Below, piece after piece: positions 17,001 through 23,961 of a stretch of DNA of 32,000 bases. How positions within the stretch are numbered: position 1 is the first letter of the stretch; each line of letters opens with the position of its first letter. The stretch is from Edaphobacter aggregans (lineage in GTDB: Bacteria; Acidobacteriota; Terriglobia; Terriglobales; Acidobacteriaceae), in the NCBI RefSeq assembly GCF_003945235.1, contig NZ_RSDW01000001.1, positions 4,980,001-5,012,000 of the forward strand. The letters run 5' to 3'. The notes under the pieces are model-generated. The model was given only the letters and a program-made list of their open reading frames with translations, was not told the DNA's origin and searched no databases. The position numbers and the translations under genes are program-made.

Positions 17001-18401
17001 TTCAGCAGTGGACGTATTCTCGTGACCAGTCAAATACCCATTCGAGGCCTCACGCGGATAGAGACCCTTGAACTGCAGCCCCTACACGAGGATGAGATCG
17101 AGGAGTTTTTGATCGGTCGAGAGCCGGCTCTACCCGAAAACTCGCCTATTCGAGGTGACACCTTTCGGTTCGTGGCCAAAATGTATCTCGAAAATCTTTG
17201 GCGCAACTCTGCTACACATAGTGAGACAAAAGCTATTGCTCAAGTTCTGTCGAATCCGATGGATCTCACCACCGCTGCGATGATTTTGGGGAACGCCAAA
17301 GAACCCAGCCTGTTTGCTCTTCAGGAGCAGCAATTCGAAATGCTGCAGGAGCGATTCGTCCGGCACTACCAGCAATCTTATCGTACAGACCAGTTCTCCG
17401 AGGACGTCTTTACAAGAAGAGTGAGCGACGATGACGATCTTAGCAAATCAACCTACGACAAAGAGGTTGCCTCACTTATCGAATTCAAAATGGCTTTGGT
17501 CAGATCGGTAGAAGTCCCGGGTAAGCCGCCAAGGCAGGAAATACTGTTCCGCCACGATCGAATTCGAGACTATTTCACGCATTTCGCGTTCCTCAGTGAA
17601 AAGCAGGATCAACGTCGGTTCGATTATGCCAACGATAGTCGTTTCGCAGGTGTGTACGAATATCTTGCCAAGGTTCTTGACCTCGGATCCGCTGAGCGTT
17701 TGCGAGAACGGCTGCTGATGAGCGCCGTCGAGAGTCAAGATCACAGACTGAGCGATAGTTTCATCCGTCAACTCGCCTGGCGCCAGCAGTTCGCGTCCGG
17801 TGATCCATCTTGGCTGATTGACTATGACCTGCCGAGCGCACGAGATGCCGATCTTAAGTTCGACGCGTTGCAGTCTGAGAGAGCGAGCCTCGAAAGTCAA
17901 ATGCTACGCCTCAAAGAGACGATGGCCGGGTCTAGAACACTGACTCGCATGATCTCAACAGACGACGGCTCGGCGCTTCTGAGAGTTAGCGTGCAGTGTT
18001 TCGTAGCACTCGGAGGTTCAGTTACGACGTCTTCCACCGGGACTTCTTCTGAGAACCAACTAATCAATTCCCCGAGTGGTGTTCCATTCACATTGGCAAC
18101 GGTCTGTAATCGTGGGTCGATCAATTCCTTTCAACTGGAGCTGCTCATCCAAAGGCTGAAGGATGCATCTCGGCCGGTGTTACTTATTACCAATTCGAAC
18201 ACCTCGATGAAGCCAGATGAGAGACCAAAAGATATCACAGATGATGTGCTCCATAAATTGCTCGGACAAGGCATACTCTGCACCTCGGCGAGAGAGATCT
18301 ACGAAGCTTATGTGGCGCACGTTGCTGGCTCAACAGATGTGATATGGAATGATCTGGAGGCGCTATGGAAAGATATGCAGGACAGCCTCGTAAAGCGTTA
18401 G
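14010..18401 (+). CDS. Giant 1463-aa STAND NTPase: lipobox-like signal, HEAT-like solenoid, TM segment(s), NACHT P-loop domain, coiled coil, unknown C-terminal domain
   Basis: Uninterrupted 4.4-kb ORF. I-S-G-C at residues 28-31 after a basic/hydrophobic leader. HEAT-like strings (DPQVRETIGSLL, GPQVEAIRYLG, TTRQIAIRALAMLDD). 26-aa hydrophobic segment at 781-806 (nt 16350-16427). Walker A GMSGLGKS (nt 16737-16760), Walker B IYIDGYNEV (Asp at 16941-16943), RILVTSQ, LQPLHEDEIEEFL. Confidence 0.85.
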   Translation: MPSELLALRFAPRKHYCLVAAYSILGLISGCHLLVASSVPRPTSLEALRIGLSEDKQVQLVNGWDSAYASGDLELVTSAIDMLESAPPTLRRRIIAQAHNSTALPTLFKSLRQQQQKDRLVSALFHYPDLVSPLSNVLSTELLSLSMTREQLQYITDIVVLLKLQPSLPDDLYRQLVTKQDSIQDPQVRETIGSLLLAHSASLKNQDAQIRAWLKSKNSDQRDLATKLLMQAGANLPDGIVDQALNDPNGPQVEAIRYLGTQPKPLSQNDLKILIPILAKPQSSEAWEATYSTLQKKNPDFISTFSTQYKQQFDDWAKLKPSVLIGILRTLPDDKSGEIATWPLIASKDDDCNIMIANLLLLRRRALAHIDFGEGLWIVLQGPQTCSGSRDGEASILLDQVLHANPVALAELSTFLSLRTQDSNWTNFTSGITSQTGWEALYNDGGSGTSVLQLALSPALTKLLSNGDEAKALDLLRLGVPFSPPILGNEPFLARYRGHTASLKDPSLEILGRLGHLPKEIADEIRDVAMDRTKPTTTRQIAIRALAMLDDSQSYVGEFVKIAQEPIDLPSAAALNALTVVSQSGSPTPSAVSPSASWLESAAADPLTREDASRLLEVLALKNSAFGPLLLRSMSDITSYRCLDLAVLDQLTPKLWLTILDVGLSNADKIDRARTCVMVLTANQPKATLISSALTGPRSQKAPERSSDRLALLSGLDGVWGETQGLNRVRAAVANQVDLLSSSLPYGVESQKQLRSWSDRLKNEFPEASQRIKGEATKQTAVLVILGIPLAVAVHFLLWLLLLFVYPRSPAIQSVIFWNPIVRKLLALGYMDLILLSMPFVRRILFGPLSEQMLGEVLQPNEGEMDRVAYFPKGRVRRLVTAQGLAESTPTEEAILTALDPLRRRTLLLGMSGLGKSSYLRFSLYQKALRKEFSVYLPAARCLGGVESAIANRVALFSQDRDLLHSLIHAGRLEIYIDGYNEVDTATQDEITSFAAMFSSGRILVTSQIPIRGLTRIETLELQPLHEDEIEEFLIGREPALPENSPIRGDTFRFVAKMYLENLWRNSATHSETKAIAQVLSNPMDLTTAAMILGNAKEPSLFALQEQQFEMLQERFVRHYQQSYRTDQFSEDVFTRRVSDDDDLSKSTYDKEVASLIEFKMALVRSVEVPGKPPRQEILFRHDRIRDYFTHFAFLSEKQDQRRFDYANDSRFAGVYEYLAKVLDLGSAERLRERLLMSAVESQDHRLSDSFIRQLAWRQQFASGDPSWLIDYDLPSARDADLKFDALQSERASLESQMLRLKETMAGSRTLTRMISTDDGSALLRVSVQCFVALGGSVTTSSTGTSSENQLINSPSGVPFTLATVCNRGSINSFQLELLIQRLKDASRPVLLITNSNTSMKPDERPKDITDDVLHKLLGQGILCTSAREIYEAYVAHVAGSTDVIWNDLEALWKDMQDSLVKR

Positions 18402-18952
18402 CACGCTTACTGCGAAGGGCATCGTTCGCATTGGGCCTGGCGGTCATACTACTCGCCGGCGCGCACGGTTCAAGGGCTGAGGTGTTTGAGTCTCGCTATT
18501 TGCGTTTTAGCTTGCCTGAAGGGTGGAAGTGCGATCTTGAAGACCATGTGTTTGTATGTGAGCCACCGCACACCAAGGGGCAGAAGGTTAACAAAATCAT
18601 CATGTTTGCGGTCAAGTATCCGGGAGCCGATGACAACTTGTCCTCGTACATGGAGTATCTCAAAACGAATAGATCGATAACGAACGGTTCATCTCTGATA
18701 GATGGACCAAAAATCGACACAGATCTCGGGGCTGTATCGTGGGTGGAGGCTACTCATTATGAATCCGAATTGAAAGGGTTCAATACAACCTATCTGGCTA
18801 CAGTCTCCAACGGACTCGCACTACTTGTTACTTTTAGTGGCGGTAAGGCAGGGTTTTCAGAGTTTCAGCAAATGATGAAGCCCTGTATCAGAAGCCTCGA
18901 AATCAAGAAGAACTGGCGTGATGCCGAGCGCCAGCCTGGCAAGAAAAAATAG
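18365..18952 (+). CDS. Secreted/periplasmic 195-aa protein, translationally coupled to the NACHT gene
   Basis: GGAGG (18356-18360) lies 4 nt before the ATG. 37-nt overlap with the upstream CDS. Signal peptide RRASFALGLAVILLAGAHGSRA/E. Mixed beta-rich mature part beginning FESRYLRFSLPEGW. Confidence 0.65.
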   Translation: MERYAGQPRKALARLLRRASFALGLAVILLAGAHGSRAEVFESRYLRFSLPEGWKCDLEDHVFVCEPPHTKGQKVNKIIMFAVKYPGADDNLSSYMEYLKTNRSITNGSSLIDGPKIDTDLGAVSWVEATHYESELKGFNTTYLATVSNGLALLVTFSGGKAGFSEFQQMMKPCIRSLEIKKNWRDAERQPGKKK

Positions 18953-19043
18953 CCTCGGAAAGGCCGTTGCACCGCGGTTTTCAATGAACCATGGATGGCG
19001 AGTTCATTTCCACAGAGCCTGTCCTAAGTTCCATTAGCCAAGA

Positions 19044-19067
19044 CGTTCGCTAATTCATCAGCGAACG
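19044..19067. terminator. Hairpin between convergent genes (possible bidirectional terminator)
   Basis: CGTTCGCT-AATTCATC-AGCGAACG (8-bp stem). A second hairpin AATGAAC-N12-GTTCATT lies at 18983-19008. No clean U-tracts. Confidence 0.35.
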
Positions 19068-19091
19068 GTCATTGTGGGTGAACCGAATGCA

Positions 19092-20843
19092 TCAGCTGCC
19101 GGGATAACTTACCTTGCCGGCCAGCTGTTTAAATTCAATTGAGTCACTCCAACTGATGGAGCCTGTCGGCGATATCTCGCCAACACCATTGAAGTCCGTG
19201 ACTCTTCCCACAAGATCGGCCAGGCTTGGCCGGTCTGCGTCGTAACGGGACGCGCGGTAGAGGAAAGTGATCCGCGCAGCCAGTGGGCCAACCTCACTCC
19301 AGGTGTTATCCGGATCCTGCCGGCTATTGGCATACGTCCCAGGTTTGGCCGCAAGCAGGACCACATTGCTCGAATGCAGATAAGGCTGGGTGTCAGCCAC
19401 ATGCTCCTGCAGGGTGCCCAGCCGGGACAGAGTGTCGCCAGCAGCGCCTTCGGGACCGACATATACGAAGATATTCTGGCCCTTGTCGGAAACGATTCCA
19501 AGTTCTGACCTCATCCGCTCAAACTCATCCATACGAACACAACCGTCGACGATGAGCGCAAATGGAGTATGGGTCTGCGCGAGTTGCGCATAGAGCTCGC
19601 GAAGAGGCAGAAACCCCGGTGGGAGGGTCTCGAGATTCGCATCGATGGCGTTGGCGAGACGCGCGAGATCACCGATTTTGCTGTCGACCGCGTGCTCGAT
19701 CAATTCCGGCGATCGTGTCGGCAGATTCGCTGGTATTTGTGAGGCCGACCCGAGAATGAGTGCGATGTCGCCACTTGGCCAGGTCATCGTATGCCCGACG
19801 TAGTACGCAATCAGAAACCGACTGTTGTTCCGCTGGACAGTCGTGGCCACCGTCGCGAGAAAGTCTCGGATCCGTTGCTCGGTGAGCGGTCGATCTTCGG
19901 TGCTAATCATGTCTAACCGGGCCGCGGGAGAGTACCGGGCGAGTGTGTTGCCGAATAGCTTTGCGCTGTCAGCATTCCAATCTTGCCGCAGCATGGCTAG
20001 ATTGGGGTAATGACCCGAAGCGATTGTCACCAGAGTCCAAGCAGCGGGTTGTGTCGAGGTTGCCGGAATGACGCTCGACGTGTTTTTTGGCTGGGGACGT
20101 ATCGGGGAGAGGACGACATCGCTTGGCTCCACTCCCAAATGGGTCAGGATAAAGTGGGCGCTACTGGCTTCGAAAGCGAAGATTACCGGGTCAAGTATTT
20201 CAACCCTCACTTCGCCTTGCTGTGCGCGGCTTGCGTCAATGCGGAAGTGCTCCGAATTGATGTTGGACTTAGCAGCCTTGCTCCAGAGCGAACCCTGATC
20301 GGCCCCCTTTCGTTTCAGTAGATAGGTGAGGCGGCCTTGGTAGGCTCTGGTGATAACAACAGGATCGGTACCTTTGTTGGCCGCGCTTTGGGCCTCCTGA
20401 GAGGCCAACAGCTTGCGCTTGAGTGCCGCTACATCCATCTCCAGTATCTTGCCGTCCGTCACCTGAAGGTCCAGCCCAATCTCTTGTTTGCTTGAGGCGG
20501 CCTCGCTGAGCCACGGCACTCCCAGCGAACCCAGAGCGCTGCCAGCTATCTGGTCGTCTGTGGTGAGTTGGAAGCTGCTGCCTGTGTGTAGATCGGTATC
20601 GTTCGCATCGGCAGGATTGAGGATGAACAGTTTTTCCGTAACCAGAATTGTTCCGGGATAGCGGGATGCCGCAGGCGGCAGATTAATGAAAAAGTCGGCA
20701 GCGCGACCCTTGGGGAGGTTCAGTGCGGCAGCAAGGCTCGATCTGAGATCAGCATTTCGCGTAAAAAGGCCAGGAAGAAAGAACACGAGAGCTGTAAGTA
20801 CGACCATGGCAATCAACGTCAGACCGACTTGCTTGCGCGTCAT
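19092..20843 (-). CDS. Membrane-anchored protein: N-terminal TM, unknown beta-rich ~210-aa module, Pro/Ser/Thr linker, caspase-like (clan CD) cysteine peptidase domain
   Basis: ATG at 20843 with AAAGGTGA upstream; the ORF track extends to GTG 20915. TM segment VGLTLIAMVVLTALVFFLPGLF. His block FLIAYYVGH (His codon at 19791-19793), Cys block FALIVDGC (Cys codon at 19539-19541), then a p10-like VVLLAAKPGTYANS...GPLAARITFLY. Confidence 0.6.
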   Translation of the reverse strand: MTRKQVGLTLIAMVVLTALVFFLPGLFTRNADLRSSLAAALNLPKGRAADFFINLPPAASRYPGTILVTEKLFILNPADANDTDLHTGSSFQLTTDDQIAGSALGSLGVPWLSEAASSKQEIGLDLQVTDGKILEMDVAALKRKLLASQEAQSAANKGTDPVVITRAYQGRLTYLLKRKGADQGSLWSKAAKSNINSEHFRIDASRAQQGEVRVEILDPVIFAFEASSAHFILTHLGVEPSDVVLSPIRPQPKNTSSVIPATSTQPAAWTLVTIASGHYPNLAMLRQDWNADSAKLFGNTLARYSPAARLDMISTEDRPLTEQRIRDFLATVATTVQRNNSRFLIAYYVGHTMTWPSGDIALILGSASQIPANLPTRSPELIEHAVDSKIGDLARLANAIDANLETLPPGFLPLRELYAQLAQTHTPFALIVDGCVRMDEFERMRSELGIVSDKGQNIFVYVGPEGAAGDTLSRLGTLQEHVADTQPYLHSSNVVLLAAKPGTYANSRQDPDNTWSEVGPLAARITFLYRASRYDADRPSLADLVGRVTDFNGVGEISPTGSISWSDSIEFKQLAGKVSYPGS

Positions 20844-20923
20844 CCGTTTCACCTTTCTATTTCCATGCCACGATGCCCGCAATTCTAAGTGCTGCCGCCG
20901 TAGCGGGCAACTCACTCCCGTCG

Positions 20924-22699
20924 TTATCGCCGGCTCCTTCTTATCCCGTCAGCCACGACAAGATCCGGGTTTTCCTTGGGGAAGAGGATCTTCACCATGT
21001 TCTTGTAGATCGAGATCCATTCGGCGTGGAGCCAGTCGTTCTCTCGCCAACACAATCCGCTGAGATCGATTGCTTGTAGTGGGGCCGTAAGCGAAGGATT
21101 TGAGTCGAGCCACTTCTCGAGAATCTCCGGCAAAGTCGATTTTGCAAAGAACCCCGTGACCATCTCGAGGCTTTCGATCCCTGAACAGAAGATCGGTCGG
21201 ATCTGGCGTGGTGGGAATGCGTTCCGATCCAGATGCTCATCAAGAAAAGTGTTTAAGAAAGCGGGCATACCGATCGTGCCGCCAATGGAGTCAAGCGTGA
21301 CGATATAAAGATAGACGTGTTTAATTTCCGTGAGATCTATTTCCGGCGTCACCTTCGAGGCATTGACCCCAAACAGCGTCTGCGTGGCCTCAACGAGTTG
21401 CAGTACGCCCTTCCTGCCAGATGACTCCTTGTCCTCAACAAGCTTCTTTTCAATTTCCGCCGTAAGAGCCAAATGGTCGCCGCTGTACTTGGTATCTGCC
21501 CGAAACATGCTGGACTTGTACTCCATCAGCACGATTGAATCGCCGGATACGACGATGCCGTCGCATATCTGCATATCCGGCCGACCCGATGGCTTGGGGT
21601 CAGGGATGAAGCGAGCCTGAGTCCCAGCACATGCGCACCGCATGAGTTCATTTACGTACTTCTCAAATACTGCGCCCCAGAACTTCCGCAGCTTCAGCCC
21701 GTGGTGAGCACTGGCATGCCAGTAAGGGCCGGTCAGAACCTTCTCAAGAAAAAAGAGGTTGTCTATCATCAGATACCCACACCATGCCGTCGTTTGGTGC
21801 AGGTTATAAAACTGTTGCACGAGCGGAAATCTGCGGAAGATAGTGAAATCGTTCGGGCCGTTATCCTTCACCCGGAGTTCGCGCGCCATCCTGGTTGGAT
21901 TGGCGGCAAGCAAATCCAAAAACTTCGACACCTTCGTCGGCTCGATCGCAGTCGGCGAAAAGTTAGCTTCTTTGAGTGGCAATGTTCCAGGTTCCCTATA
22001 GAGGGCTTTCGATAGTTCTTCTCCAAATCGAGCGTGAGTACCGAAGATCATCGATTGATACTCTTCGAGAGTCAGTCCGGTTTCCTTCTGGTACTCCCCA
22101 GCCACATCAACAAAATCTGGGTCCTGGCGAAGTTCATCGGTGAAGCGAGTCAGCATGAGGTGACTGCGCGTGATGAGTTGGGTGATTTCCGGAGATGCGT
22201 CTTCGCCAACGGCGATCATCTCCGCAATGATCTTTGAGAATTCCTCGCGCTCTGCGACCGGCCGACCTGCATTCGCAAGATCGGTGAGCAGGCCGTAGTC
22301 GAACTGGTCGTTTGCCTTTAGCAGGATGGAGCCGAAGCGCTCAGCATGGAGACGTGCATCTGTTCCGCCTGAACAGTGAAGAATCGCGATCTTGGCAATC
22401 AGGAGTACTTGTCTGCGGTGGAATAGCACTCTTCTCGGATTCGAGCTCCAGTATCCGGCGATGAATCGAATATGAAGGTCGGCCTCGAAGTAAAGAGAGA
22501 GAAGGCTTTTATAGACGTCCGCAGGCTGAAAATCCACCTTATTCCAAAGCTGCAAACCGGTCACGATTACTGCGCAAACCCAGAGCACCGATTGCTGGGT
22601 GAATGGGCGAATCTCCGCGATGAGCTCGTCCATCGTGCTCTTCCTGCCATAGACATTCTCGAATGTCTCGTACACCGCGAGTTGGGAAGCGGTCCTCAT
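20924..22699 (-). CDS. 591-aa protein with helical N-terminal half and a PD-(D/E)xK nuclease-like core
   Basis: GGGGGAT RBS. GAVFEKYVNELM ... ICDGIVVSGDSIVLMEYKS (D380 or D387, E393, K395; nt 21515-21562) resembles restriction-endonuclease-fold signatures. 80-nt gap to the downstream caspase-like gene on the same strand. Confidence 0.5.
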   Translation of the reverse strand: MRTASQLAVYETFENVYGRKSTMDELIAEIRPFTQQSVLWVCAVIVTGLQLWNKVDFQPADVYKSLLSLYFEADLHIRFIAGYWSSNPRRVLFHRRQVLLIAKIAILHCSGGTDARLHAERFGSILLKANDQFDYGLLTDLANAGRPVAEREEFSKIIAEMIAVGEDASPEITQLITRSHLMLTRFTDELRQDPDFVDVAGEYQKETGLTLEEYQSMIFGTHARFGEELSKALYREPGTLPLKEANFSPTAIEPTKVSKFLDLLAANPTRMARELRVKDNGPNDFTIFRRFPLVQQFYNLHQTTAWCGYLMIDNLFFLEKVLTGPYWHASAHHGLKLRKFWGAVFEKYVNELMRCACAGTQARFIPDPKPSGRPDMQICDGIVVSGDSIVLMEYKSSMFRADTKYSGDHLALTAEIEKKLVEDKESSGRKGVLQLVEATQTLFGVNASKVTPEIDLTEIKHVYLYIVTLDSIGGTIGMPAFLNTFLDEHLDRNAFPPRQIRPIFCSGIESLEMVTGFFAKSTLPEILEKWLDSNPSLTAPLQAIDLSGLCWRENDWLHAEWISIYKNMVKILFPKENPDLVVADGIRRSRR

Positions 22700-22749
22700 G
22701 TTGATCCCCCGAAGTCATCATTGCACGCCGATGGCAATCTCACGGTGTC

Positions 22750-22778
22750 TTGCTTACCCGCACAATGACAATTTAGAT
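22750..22778 (+). promoter_or_regulatory. Candidate sigma70-type promoter for the methyltransferase operon
   Basis: TTGCTT - 17 nt - TTAGAT in the 203-nt divergent intergenic region. Pattern match only. Confidence 0.2.
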
Positions 22779-22902
22779 CGACCACATTTCTGGCAAATGG
22801 CCGGGGTTGATTTCGCGGAAGGGAGGCATAAAGTGGGCAGCTAATGCAATTTTATGGCTCAAGTCGCACCCCTTTATAAACAACGTGAAAGGAACCCTCA
22901 GC

Positions 22903-23961
22903 ATGCGCAATGCGGGCAGGCTTAAGCTCGGTTATTATCCGCTGCCTACAGAAGAAGGCCACTGGCTGCGGCGGCTTCTCCAAAGCACGGAACCCTTCAG
23001 TGCAATCGACCCTTGTGTCGGAATGGGGGCAGCTCTGCATCTCATTACCGCTGATCTTCCATGTCGACGTTATGGCGTCGAACTCGATGCGGAGCGGGCG
23101 CTCGCCGCTTCCCGGTCGGGGATCGAGACGGTACAGGGAGACCTCTTCGACGCACATGCCAAGGTAGAGTCGTTCTCTCTCTTGTACCTTAATCCCCCAT
23201 ATGACTCAGAAATAGGGACGCTCAACAACCAGCGCATGGAGCTGCTCTTTCTCGAGCACACCTACCGTTGGCTTGTGCACAGCGGGGTCCTCTTGTTTGT
23301 AGTGCCGGAGAAGCGGCTTTCGGTGTGCATTCCGCTGTTGGCAGCGAACTTCACCGGTTTTCGTTTGTTCCGGCTCAACGATCCCGAATCCATCCGCTTC
23401 GAACAGGTCGTGCTTGCGGCGGTACGAAAGCCGATGCGGGGGGATGCGATGGAAGCGAATCGCTCTGTGCTGCAACGACTGATCTTCAATACGGAGCCTC
23501 TCAATCTGGAAGACGAGCATGAACCGTACTACTTACCCGCAACGCCACCTGCGGCCATTGCTTACCGTGGACTTCCCTTCGACGCGATCGAAGACCTGAT
23601 TCCCAACTCGCCCGCATGGAAGCAGGTTGCGCCTTTTCTGTTGCCGAAAGAAGAGATGGCTTCCGGCCGGCCGATCACACCCCTGCACGCGGGCCACGTC
23701 GGCCTGCTCTGCACGGCAGGTTTGCTCAACGGAGTCTTCGGTGAGGGAGCGGATCGTCACATCGCACGGTGGCGGTCGGTGAAGCACACCACCATCAGCA
23801 AGGAGAAGGAAGACAACGTAGAGATCATCCGCAAGCGCGAGCGTTTCTCGAACGAACTTTCCCTCGTTTACCAGGACGGACGAACCCTCGTCCTCACCGA
23901 GTCTGCAAAGACAGTGGAGGCAGAAGATGCAGAATGCACACCTACGGCTGGGGCAGCTTGA
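22903..23961 (+). CDS. SAM-dependent DNA methyltransferase, NPPY type (probably N6-adenine)
   Basis: GAAAGGA RBS. Motif I IDPCVGMG (nt 23005-23028) precedes motif IV LNPPY (NPPY at nt 23191-23202). No adjacent restriction endonuclease recognised. Confidence 0.8.
   Translation: MRNAGRLKLGYYPLPTEEGHWLRRLLQSTEPFSAIDPCVGMGAALHLITADLPCRRYGVELDAERALAASRSGIETVQGDLFDAHAKVESFSLLYLNPPYDSEIGTLNNQRMELLFLEHTYRWLVHSGVLLFVVPEKRLSVCIPLLAANFTGFRLFRLNDPESIRFEQVVLAAVRKPMRGDAMEANRSVLQRLIFNTEPLNLEDEHEPYYLPATPPAAIAYRGLPFDAIEDLIPNSPAWKQVAPFLLPKEEMASGRPITPLHAGHVGLLCTAGLLNGVFGEGADRHIARWRSVKHTTISKEKEDNVEIIRKRERFSNELSLVYQDGRTLVLTESAKTVEAEDAECTPTAGAA

Noticed and set aside
17937-18398. C-terminal domain of the NACHT protein as a PD-(D/E)xK nuclease effector
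   Set aside because: I could not find a D...(D/E)xK arrangement. The positions where I would expect E and K read A and C (FTLATVCNRG). It is left as an unknown domain.
20844-20915. N-terminal extension of the caspase-like ORF from GTG 20915 (MSCPLRRQ..., Cys at position 3, reminiscent of lipidated gasdermin N-termini)
   Set aside because: There is no RBS at proper spacing, since GGGA directly abuts the GTG. ATG 20843 has AAAGGTGA upstream and starts exactly at the basic/TM leader. The Cys3 resemblance is probably coincidental.
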